A DNA stretch of 64,000 nucleotides from a virus. The position numbers and the translations under genes are program-made. Within the stretch, counting starts at the first letter, position 1, and each line of letters opens with the position of its first letter. Shown here piece by piece: positions 50,078-57,703 of the stretch. The DNA lies in IMG/VR virus record IMGVR_UViG_3300045988_155520, positions 224,001 to 288,000 of that record; one strand, 5' to 3'. Below the pieces are notes generated by a model. The model was not told the DNA's origin. It was given only the letters and a program-made list of their open reading frames with translations, and did not search any database.

Positions 50078-50267
50078 TATATTCGTTTAATATTTCTCCG
50101 TGTTTAGTCGAATATGAAGTTTCATAATCCCTCATATAAGGTTGATACACATCTATTCTACCTAATAATTGTGTGTGTACATATCGCAACCACTTTGTAT
50201 TAAGAGATGCAACATTTCTGTATTTTTTACAAGCCTTTTTTATCTTGCGTGGAATAAATTTACTCAT
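50064..50267 (-). CDS. basic hypothetical protein
   Basis: The track ORF starts at TTG 50294. The first ATG (MSKFIPRKIKKACKKYRN...) is at 50267. Confidence 0.6.
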   Translation of the reverse strand: MSKFIPRKIKKACKKYRNVASLNTKWLRYVHTQLLGRIDVYQPYMRDYETSYSTKHGEILNEYIDYE

Positions 50268-50343
50268 AACCTTATTTTTTTTACGATAAAACAACTATTT
50301 CTTTATAGTATAGCGATTTACATTCTACATTTTTAAAACTTCT

Positions 50344-50451
50344 TTAACCCTCGTAGTAATATCTATCATCACCATTTTGAATGAGGACTTCTATATTACC
50401 AGACTTTTCGTATATTTTTTGGAGTTCTTTTTGTAATTCTAATATTGTCAT
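50344..50451 (-). CDS. small hypothetical protein (35 aa)
   Basis: Hand-translated MTILELQKELQKIYEKSGNIEVLIQNGDDRYYYEG. ATGA overlap with the upstream stop. Confidence 0.4.
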   Translation of the reverse strand: MTILELQKELQKIYEKSGNIEVLIQNGDDRYYYEG

Positions 50452-50813
50452 AATTCTAAGGCTTTTTTAATATATTGTTTATAATGTTCGTTGGCTGCCT
50501 GCTTGGCATCTGAAAGTGAAATATAACAACTAATAAAATAGCCATTACTGAATAAATGAAATTTGTTGTCAACAAATTCTATCCTGTAGAACCATTCAAA
50601 AACTGTTACGGAAAGGTATGGTCCATCTTTGTAAACTCTTTTCCATTTCAATTCTGGTACATTCTCTATTACACTCTCACGTCCAGCATTGAAAGCTGCT
50701 TTAATGTCGCTTTCTTGATACAAAGGCATATTAGGAAAATTGTCATTCTTGAAGCTTATTGCGTTCTCTCTTGCCTTTGTGATATATTTTTCTGCTAAAT
50801 CTTTCTGTATCAT
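50448..50813 (-). CDS. hypothetical protein (DIKAAFNAG...W family)
   Basis: 121 aa. DIKAAFNAGRESVIENVPELKWK...SLSDAKQAANEHYKQYIKKAL. Confidence 0.8.
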   Translation of the reverse strand: MIQKDLAEKYITKARENAISFKNDNFPNMPLYQESDIKAAFNAGRESVIENVPELKWKRVYKDGPYLSVTVFEWFYRIEFVDNKFHLFSNGYFISCYISLSDAKQAANEHYKQYIKKALEL

Positions 50814-51049
50814 ACTCTAAAATCATTTTTACTTATGTACCCCACATTCTCCATTATTTCGACGGCTTCCTTGATATCAATTTCACTTCCCTGATACACA
50901 ACAATTATCTCACACCCACCACACATTGTTACAATTGGCGTTTCATTTTGGAAATCTCTGAACACCAATTCTTTTTCGATATTTTGCAAAGCGCCAGAAA
51001 GTTCACTTTCTATCTTTTCTGCTATTTCCACAAGTTTTCTTAAATTCAT
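50810..51049 (-). CDS. hypothetical protein
   Basis: 79 aa. Paralogous to 54482-54823 (LVF+DF..E.P.V...G....). Confidence 0.75.
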   Translation of the reverse strand: MNLRKLVEIAEKIESELSGALQNIEKELVFRDFQNETPIVTMCGGCEIIVVYQGSEIDIKEAVEIMENVGYISKNDFRV

Positions 51050-51435
51050 AAACCTAATACTTTTTTAATTCTTTCCTCATAAACTTTAACTGCATAAGAT
51101 TTTGCCTCTTCAATAGAATTAAAACATCCTTTTCCCAATCCATTACTCAAAAGTTCTATCTTTTTAGAGGGAGACCACTTTCTAATTAAAAAATTGTCCA
51201 ATGGTTTATCTGCTTTGCAAACTTCAAGATATATTCCACAATCTTCGTAGAAACCTATTTCTTTCCATTCTAATTTGGATGCACTCTCTATTACACTCTC
51301 ACTCCCTGCATTGAAAGCTGCTTTAATATCGTCAAATGTAAAACATCTGTTGTCTTCAAAAATAAGGTCGCTATCTCCATTTGCACATTCATACTCTTTG
51401 ATAGCGTACTCTTCTGCTAAATCTTTCTTTTTCAT
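51046..51435 (-). CDS. hypothetical protein (DIKAAFNAG...W family)
   Basis: 129 aa. Confidence 0.8.
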   Translation of the reverse strand: MKKKDLAEEYAIKEYECANGDSDLIFEDNRCFTFDDIKAAFNAGSESVIESASKLEWKEIGFYEDCGIYLEVCKADKPLDNFLIRKWSPSKKIELLSNGLGKGCFNSIEEAKSYAVKVYEERIKKVLGL

Positions 51436-51947
51436 TTTATTTTCTTATTACCAATTGGATAGTTTCTCATACATCCAATATGCGCTACTTTTAATTTTTC
51501 TTCTAAGAATAGTTTACGACTTTTGGGATTACTTGAGTAAGAGAAATTACCTTTTAAAATATGTTCCTCCCCATTATATACTTTCCCATCGTCAGTGAAT
51601 CCAAAAACAAAATATGGCTTCCCATTAAATGTTACATCTTTACAATGTTCATTATTATAATCAATACATTCTTTTAGAATTGACTTAGGTACAAAATATC
51701 CAAATCTTGATACACGTTCATCTGTATCGTGGTAGTTCTTTTTCTTAAAATCTGCTTTGAAATCTTCAAACGAACGTTTTATTTCCACTTCTGTAAGATA
51801 ACCATTTTTGTCAATACTAACAAAATCCGCTTCATGATTGAGTAATCCCCATGATAAGTTTGGAACCATTATGTTAGTTCTAACACCACCTAAAAAAATC
51901 ACAAGTATATTCTCAATTTCTTTAACAGACAAATTTGTTGCAACCAT
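51432..51947 (-). CDS. PD-(D/E)xK nuclease-like (MmcB-like) protein
   Basis: 171 aa. HEADFVSIDKNGYLTEVEIKRS fits the D...E.K arrangement. The family assignment is from memory. Confidence 0.4.
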   Translation of the reverse strand: MVATNLSVKEIENILVIFLGGVRTNIMVPNLSWGLLNHEADFVSIDKNGYLTEVEIKRSFEDFKADFKKKNYHDTDERVSRFGYFVPKSILKECIDYNNEHCKDVTFNGKPYFVFGFTDDGKVYNGEEHILKGNFSYSSNPKSRKLFLEEKLKVAHIGCMRNYPIGNKKIK

Positions 51948-51961
51948 AAGTTATATTTTCT

Positions 51962-52153
51962 TTAATTCATTCTTTTTGGCAACCAATAAGGTTCGTTTTC
52001 TTTTTCCGCAGCTGAAATTACCGAACATAGATACCTAAATCTATCAATGGAAATACTTTCATCATCTATAAGTTTACATAATTTTTCTGAGTGAAAAGAA
52101 TTAAAACTGTCTTCTGTAAAAATTTTCCGTTTTTTATTTGAATCGTTTGTCAT
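51962..52153 (-). CDS. hypothetical protein
   Basis: 63-aa ORF. Confidence 0.65.
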   Translation of the reverse strand: MTNDSNKKRKIFTEDSFNSFHSEKLCKLIDDESISIDRFRYLCSVISAAEKENEPYWLPKRMN

Positions 52154-52156
52154 AAC

Positions 52157-52315
52157 TTATACTTTTATATTCACTAATATTCGAGATTCACCCAGATTGT
52201 CTTCTACAAACTTTTCTACATCACCGCTTTCAAGTGCTTTCTTAGCAAAGTTGAGACCACAACCATATTTTTCTCTTATTTTAGTAATCTCTTGTAGTTC
52301 TTTCTTGGAAAGCAT
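52157..52315 (-). CDS. small protein with EF-Ts N-terminal (UBA-like) resemblance
   Basis: Hand-translated MLSKKELQEITKIREKYGCGLNFAKKALESGDVEKFVEDNLGESRILVNIKV. Compare the EF-Ts pattern VKELRE.TGAG...CKKAL.E..GD.EKA. Confidence 0.4.
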   Translation of the reverse strand: MLSKKELQEITKIREKYGCGLNFAKKALESGDVEKFVEDNLGESRILVNIKV

Positions 52316-52318
52316 AAT

Positions 52319-52618
52319 TTATGCATTAAATTTGAAATTTAACAACACTTCATACAAAGCATTATCATCAATATCCGCTTCGTAAAACTCGAAATGAACA
52401 GGAGTGTCATCGTCATAATTATATTCACCACCTTTCCATCCTGTACAAGTTTTTCTTGTTGCATCTTCCAAAAGGGATAAAGTTTCCTCTTTAGTACCAT
52501 TTGTGGCTGGTGTGAAAGCAATTTCGCTATAATTTCCTCTCCAAGAAAAGAAATCTTTTAAAAAGAATTTTGGCTCTTCAGTATACTTAAAATACTCTTT
52601 TAAATCAAAAATTGTCAT
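52319..52618 (-). CDS. hypothetical protein
   Basis: 99-aa ORF with promoter 52647-52678. Confidence 0.8.
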   Translation of the reverse strand: MTIFDLKEYFKYTEEPKFFLKDFFSWRGNYSEIAFTPATNGTKEETLSLLEDATRKTCTGWKGGEYNYDDDTPVHFEFYEADIDDNALYEVLLNFKFNA

Positions 52619-52646
52619 AATTAGATGTGTATTGGTTTATATGACA

Positions 52647-52678
52647 CAAAGGTATAAAAATAAAATAGAAAAACCAAA
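52647..52678 (-). promoter_or_regulatory. Bacteroidota-type promoter
   Basis: -7 TACCTTTG (52647-52654), -33 TTTG (52675-52678), 20-nt spacer. Confidence 0.7.
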
Positions 52679-52738
52679 TATAAAACTGTTTTTAACATAA
52701 TTTTAACAGTGATATATTTGGTTGTTAAATGTAATTAA

Positions 52739-53041
52739 CTATACATTATTGTTCAAATCTTTTTCTTTTTCTTGAACTTTCTTGATATCTTCTACAAGTT
52801 GTTCCATTGTTTCTTTACAATCAATATGTGTATACCTTGTAACGTGGCACATACTATTCTCTTCTAAGTTCCACTTATTATCTTCGGTCACAAAACCTAC
52901 TTGGTATGAATACCGATAACCAAATGCTGCATCAAGATTTAATGTTTGACACAAATACAATTTTGGTAATCCATAAAGATTAGTTCTCTGTGGTGGGATT
53001 CCTGTACTCCACTTCTCTGGTTCAAAATTTGGTTTAAACAT
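52739..53041 (-). CDS. hypothetical protein
   Basis: 100-aa ORF. Confidence 0.75.
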   Translation of the reverse strand: MFKPNFEPEKWSTGIPPQRTNLYGLPKLYLCQTLNLDAAFGYRYSYQVGFVTEDNKWNLEENSMCHVTRYTHIDCKETMEQLVEDIKKVQEKEKDLNNNV

Positions 53042-53062
53042 AATGAATAATATTTTTATTGA

Positions 53063-53476
53063 TTATTGTAGAAGACTAACATTTTCATCATCATAGAATA
53101 CTGCTTCTTTTATTTTTTTTATATAATCTTCATCAGCCACTTCCATGGCATCACTATACAATTCCATATTTGCTTTTACAAATTGATTCTCGAAATATAA
53201 CGTATAATCATCTGTAGCATTCCAATGCATAATAGAATATGCACCAAATGGAGTTATCGCATAATATTCTTCTTTATAATCTTTTGAAATATCATTTCTA
53301 CATCCTTGAATCCATTTTAGTTTAGGTAACTTAAATAGCATATATTCATAGCCACGATTAAACATATATTCAAGATGACGATAAATAAAGAAAGGCAAAG
53401 TAGATTTATCTTCAAAAATAAATCCTTTCTCTTTAATATCATTATAACACTTCTTAAGATATTCTAATTTATTCAT
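53063..53476 (-). CDS. hypothetical protein
   Basis: 137-aa ORF. LPKLKWIQ...SDAMEVADEDYIKKIKE resembles the DIKAAF..W family C-terminal half. Confidence 0.8.
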   Translation of the reverse strand: MNKLEYLKKCYNDIKEKGFIFEDKSTLPFFIYRHLEYMFNRGYEYMLFKLPKLKWIQGCRNDISKDYKEEYYAITPFGAYSIMHWNATDDYTLYFENQFVKANMELYSDAMEVADEDYIKKIKEAVFYDDENVSLLQ

Positions 53477-53505
53477 AATTTTTGATTTATATTGTTGAAT
53501 TAATA

Positions 53506-54480
53506 CTATTTGTTAACGAAATCATGTAGCAAAGCATTTCCACATGTAATTCTATCTTCATCTTCTTCTAATGATGGAATAAACACAATAACATCCCATC
53601 CTGCATCTAAAAGAGGTTTTTCAAATTGACGGTAAACATCATATTTATAGTACCCCATTTGTGTCTGAAGATTAAAATCCTTTGCTTCGTTCGTTTCATG
53701 GATAGGAGTAATTTTTACAATGAATTTATCTTTATCAAACAGATTAGATAGAACAACTGGGTCGAGTTTTGTCTCAGCTGTTACTGGGAAATTCAATGTG
53801 TATTTACGCCCAACAGGCATAGGTAATCTATCGGCTATCTTAGAAATAGTAATAAGTGAACAAGAACGATTTCTAAATAAAGTATTTCGTTGATTATTGC
53901 TTGTAGAATTAATTGACAACTGTAGTCCTGCTTCACCTAAATATGTGTCATTCTTAATAGCACAAAAATCATTCAGAATTGAAGTTAAATCATCTTTTTT
54001 TGCTTTTGGTAGCATTGTCGTAAATACAGGATGAATAACATCAGCTTTCATACTATTTGAAACAGTATTTTGTAACTTATTATCGAGAAAAGATAAAACT
54101 CGAGAAGCATTAAAAGAAGGTTCCCCCATTCTTGCCAAATGGAGGTTGAAACGTTTAGTATATTGACAACCACTATTTCTGATAGCATGTGCAACTTGGA
54201 ACCATAAGTCCTCCATACTTGCATCACCATTGTAACCTACTTTAGGGCAATCACAGAACATACAGCGCATAGGGCATCCTTTTTGGGTAGAAATTGTAAC
54301 AACCATTTTGTCACTCAAATCTACATCATGATGCTTTACACCATTAATTTCTTTATTAAGTCCTAAGAAATCAGCTTTGATGTTATTCTCTTTGCCATAG
54401 TCTCCGACATAAAGCCATTCTAAGCGATTAACATCATCACTAAAAATACATCCTGTTCTTGTTTTAAATTCTTTAATCAT
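53506..54480 (-). CDS. radical SAM enzyme, RlmN/Cfr-like core
   Basis: 324 aa. ISTQKGCPMRCMFCDCP (CX3CX2C), LARMGEPSFN (compare GMGEPLLN), LQLSINS, VKITPIH, and C-terminal DRITCGNAL (compare AACGQL). Confidence 0.7.
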   Translation of the reverse strand: MIKEFKTRTGCIFSDDVNRLEWLYVGDYGKENNIKADFLGLNKEINGVKHHDVDLSDKMVVTISTQKGCPMRCMFCDCPKVGYNGDASMEDLWFQVAHAIRNSGCQYTKRFNLHLARMGEPSFNASRVLSFLDNKLQNTVSNSMKADVIHPVFTTMLPKAKKDDLTSILNDFCAIKNDTYLGEAGLQLSINSTSNNQRNTLFRNRSCSLITISKIADRLPMPVGRKYTLNFPVTAETKLDPVVLSNLFDKDKFIVKITPIHETNEAKDFNLQTQMGYYKYDVYRQFEKPLLDAGWDVIVFIPSLEEDEDRITCGNALLHDFVNK

Positions 54481-54481
54481 A

Positions 54482-54823
54482 CTATTTCTTGATTACAATG
54501 TTTTTACAAAGTTCTTGAAGAGTTAATAAATCTTTCTCTTTATATTCACCCTTCATAATTTTGCTACAGATAACTGGTACAAAACATGCTGGAGTGATGT
54601 AACCTATTTTATCCATTATAACAGCAGCATATTCAATAGGTAATTCTCTCTCATTATCATCTAATAAATAAATCGAATAGCCATCACCATATTGTTCAAC
54701 TGTGGGTAGTTCATCTTCAAAATCTTTGAAAACAAGACTTTCTTCAATTTCTTTCAAGGTTTGATTAACAATAGAAAAATTCTCTCTGACTTTACTTACC
54801 AATTTATCTATTTTTTCTTTCAT
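54482..54823 (-). CDS. hypothetical protein
   Basis: 113 aa, paralog of 50810-51049. Confidence 0.8.
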   Translation of the reverse strand: MKEKIDKLVSKVRENFSIVNQTLKEIEESLVFKDFEDELPTVEQYGDGYSIYLLDDNERELPIEYAAVIMDKIGYITPACFVPVICSKIMKGEYKEKDLLTLQELCKNIVIKK

Positions 54824-54828
54824 ATCCT

Positions 54829-55575
54829 TTACTCTTTAAATTCTACTATTTTATCATCTTTTAAAATGTAAAATGTATTTGGTTTAATAATTTTCCCATC
54901 TACTTTTACAACTTTAATATTTTTGATAGGGCTAATTTCTTTTCTTCTCTTTTCTCTTTCAGTTAAAACTAACCAGCAACCAACTTCTCCTCTTGCTGCA
55001 CAATCAACTCCAGTAGTAATGGCAACGGATTCTCCTCCTTCTACGATAGCTTTTGATTTATGAAAACTTGCTACGGATGTTGAACAATCTCCACTATTTG
55101 AAGCAATACTACCATATCCTGTAACGACTGACAAAGACCAAATTCCATGATTAGATGCTTCTGAGTAATCTGCAGTTGTGCAACTAATTGCCAAATAACC
55201 ATTATTTCTAGACGAACTTTCTATGGCTGTAGATGATGAAATGCTTCTATCTCCTTTTACTTTACATTCTGAACGACTACCAGTTATAGAACCTATTGTT
55301 GCATATCCAGATGTTAGAACTTTTGAATACGCACCAGAAGAAACACTCACAGAAGACCTACCATTAGTTATTGACCAAGATTTATGCCCTAATGTGGCGG
55401 AAATAGAAAAATCACCACAACTACAAGACCAAGATTTTCCACCTGTATTGACAGATATTGACTCTCTCGAATAATTTACTGCTGTAGAATCATAGAAATA
55501 GTTATATGCTATAGAGTGATACTTTTTATTCTCTACATCCAAAAATCTCTCAGTATTTATTTTTTCTTTTTCCAT
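54829..55575 (-). CDS. Ser/Gly-rich repeat protein (paralog of 29198-29794)
   Basis: The track ORF starts at TTG 55584; the first ATG is at 55575. Repeats of the form S.S.G..S.A..S/TG. The C-terminus is VKVDGKIIKPNTFYILKDDKIVEFKE. Confidence 0.75.
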   Translation of the reverse strand: MEKEKINTERFLDVENKKYHSIAYNYFYDSTAVNYSRESISVNTGGKSWSCSCGDFSISATLGHKSWSITNGRSSVSVSSGAYSKVLTSGYATIGSITGSRSECKVKGDRSISSSTAIESSSRNNGYLAISCTTADYSEASNHGIWSLSVVTGYGSIASNSGDCSTSVASFHKSKAIVEGGESVAITTGVDCAARGEVGCWLVLTEREKRRKEISPIKNIKVVKVDGKIIKPNTFYILKDDKIVEFKE

Positions 55576-55580
55576 ATCTA

Positions 55581-55733
55581 TCAAACATTCTTAATGAATA
55601 AATCACATTCGTTTATATAATCATTTGGTACATACATCATGACCATTCCTTGAGGTAGTTCTTTTGTGAATCGCTTACAACTTTTGCAAGTACTTAACTT
55701 TCCCCCTTTACAATATGTGAAATCTAAATTCAT
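55581..55733 (-). CDS. small Cys-containing protein (50 aa)
   Basis: Hand-translated MNLDFTYCKGGKLSTCKSCKRFTKELPQGMVMMYVPNDYINECDLFIKNV. Promoter 55759-55790 lies upstream. Confidence 0.5.
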   Translation of the reverse strand: MNLDFTYCKGGKLSTCKSCKRFTKELPQGMVMMYVPNDYINECDLFIKNV

Positions 55734-55758
55734 AAGTCCAATTCATTTATTAACGTCA

Positions 55759-55790
55759 CAAAGGTATGCAAAAAACGTGGATTATACAAA
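55759..55790 (-). promoter_or_regulatory. Bacteroidota-type promoter overlapping a terminator hairpin
   Basis: -7 TACCTTTG (55759-55766), -33 TTTG (55787-55790, in the hairpin loop), 20-nt spacer. Confidence 0.65.
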
Positions 55791-55801
55791 TAATCCACGT
55801 T
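55768..55801 (-). terminator. rho-independent terminator after the tnpB-like gene
   Basis: Perfect 12-bp stem AACGTGGATTAT (55774-55785) / ATAATCCACGTT (55790-55801) with a 4-nt loop. On the minus strand T6 follows. Confidence 0.8.
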
Positions 55802-55859
55802 AATTTTTATTAATTAATCAAATAATCCTGCCCGAAGAATTAAACATTTCAAAAAGTCG

Positions 55860-57479
55860 TCATACACTTCCAATACATTCACGACCTACCTTTGGTAGGC
55901 TTCTTCGAAACGATAACAATACTTCTTTCACTTTCTCACGTCTAAGTAACCTTGGCTCAAAAGCACCATTATCAAGCTGTTTTAAGAGTTTATCTCGTAA
56001 CACGGTTACAAGAACTCTATTTTTTATATTTTTTGCAGCATTAAAGTCTGCATTATCTTTATGCCCACATTCAACACATTCAAATGTTTCTTGATTTGGT
56101 CTATTACCATCTTCAATGCAGCCACATACAGGACACATCTTTGATGTATAACTTGCTTGAACAGTTGAAACTGCGATGTCATACTTCCTTGCAATATGTT
56201 CCACCTCTTGTTTCAAACTACTTAAACCAAGAAAGCTAACCTTTCGGTTGTAATTTATATCTTTATTGTCACCATCTTTGACGTAACACTTTCCAAATCC
56301 ATTATTAAGATTTTCCATTACAATGTGACCAGTTCCTTTAATTTTTTCATTCTTACACATAGTAGCTATGGTTTGCTGTTCATTCTTAATAATTTTCTCC
56401 TTTAACTTGTTAAGTTTACGTTGTTTGCGTTTGCCTACCTTATATTCTTTATTTTTCCCTTTAAATCTATCAATCTCAAGAGATAACTTGCAAAAATCAT
56501 TAACTAATTTTCTATCATAGTCATAAGTGGTTTCATCTGATAAGCAGAACAAATTGTGTTTGCAATTAACATCTATGCCAATAGTCTGTCCATTTGGTTC
56601 TGGGATATACCTTTCACCATCTTTACATATGTTTACATTCACTTGATGCTTCTTTTCATCGAATGTAAGAGTATATACATAATCAGGAGTGTTCTTTCTA
56701 TAATCCTTCATACTTCCGTGCCATCCTTTATTAAAGGTAACTGGTATGTCAAATGATTTCCTACTGAGCCCACTAAGACTTATGAATGAATTGATAACTG
56801 ACCCAAACCTGCGATTATAATCAATTATCTTTTTCTTTCTACATCTACCACGAAAGGTTAATGACCTGAACTCTATAGGATTGTTGGCATATTTGTCAAT
56901 AATACGTTTTCTCTTTGATAATGCAAGTGCATATAACCTTTCAAAACCGAATTTATCACAACATCTTATTATATTGTTATAGAAGTCACGTTTATTAGCA
57001 TCACATTTGTCAACGTTAGATTTGATATAAGCAATAGTACCTTCATTTCCATACCTTGCAAGGTAAGTAAGACAATTGGATAAAGATGTGTGTTTCTTAT
57101 CAACAATTACTTTTTTCAAGTCACCCTTTTTATTATTCTTTGTATCACGTTTATAACATTCAAAACCTTTGAATACAGATATTTCAAAGACAAGCTTACG
57201 TTGTATTGCATCAAATTTATTCTGATAACAAGTAAATACTTGTGTATAAATTTGCGTATCAAAGGAACTTGGTACCGAACCTTTGAATTTTGTTCTCATT
57301 TCTTTTGCAAATTGGAACTTTGTATAATCAAGATAGTGCAATAAGTTTTCATTTACATGTTGTGATACTATGTTTTTATGTTTTTGAATAAGTACAGCAA
57401 AGTTATGTAACTCGTCATATTTCTGACGAGTTAAATCCTTTGAATGGAATACCTTTGTGTACTTACTCTGTATAATCAT
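55860..57479 (-). CDS. tnpB: TnpB/Cas12-like RuvC nuclease with intact zinc ribbon
   Basis: 539 aa. TIGIDVNCKHNLF (RuvC-I D), GHIVMENLNNGFGK (RuvC-II E), SYTSKMCPVCGC...FECVECGHKDNADFNAAKNIKNR (CxxC..CxxC plus RuvC-III D). Confidence 0.85.
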   Translation of the reverse strand: MIIQSKYTKVFHSKDLTRQKYDELHNFAVLIQKHKNIVSQHVNENLLHYLDYTKFQFAKEMRTKFKGSVPSSFDTQIYTQVFTCYQNKFDAIQRKLVFEISVFKGFECYKRDTKNNKKGDLKKVIVDKKHTSLSNCLTYLARYGNEGTIAYIKSNVDKCDANKRDFYNNIIRCCDKFGFERLYALALSKRKRIIDKYANNPIEFRSLTFRGRCRKKKIIDYNRRFGSVINSFISLSGLSRKSFDIPVTFNKGWHGSMKDYRKNTPDYVYTLTFDEKKHQVNVNICKDGERYIPEPNGQTIGIDVNCKHNLFCLSDETTYDYDRKLVNDFCKLSLEIDRFKGKNKEYKVGKRKQRKLNKLKEKIIKNEQQTIATMCKNEKIKGTGHIVMENLNNGFGKCYVKDGDNKDINYNRKVSFLGLSSLKQEVEHIARKYDIAVSTVQASYTSKMCPVCGCIEDGNRPNQETFECVECGHKDNADFNAAKNIKNRVLVTVLRDKLLKQLDNGAFEPRLLRREKVKEVLLSFRRSLPKVGRECIGSV

Positions 57480-57536
57480 ACCATTTAAAATTTATTTAAT
57501 TTTGAATAATTTTAAATATAAAAGATTATATTTTAT

Positions 57537-57698
57537 TTATATGTTTAACCCTGCACCATATAAAAGTCCTATGAATATAATTGTTGACACTAAATTATAC
57601 CAAAAATTAAATTTAATTGGTCTTGTTTGGTTGTGCCATGCTAAACTAATTCCTAATCGCATCATTATCAATGCTAAAATAATAATTTTACAAATCAT
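57537..57698 (-). CDS. small membrane protein (53 aa)
   Basis: Hand-translated MICKIIILALIMMRLGISLAWHNQTRPIKFNFWYNLVSTIIFIGLLYGAGLNI. ATG lies 5 nt after the upstream stop codon. Confidence 0.5.
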   Translation of the reverse strand: MICKIIILALIMMRLGISLAWHNQTRPIKFNFWYNLVSTIIFIGLLYGAGLNI

Positions 57699-57703
57699 AA
57701 CTT

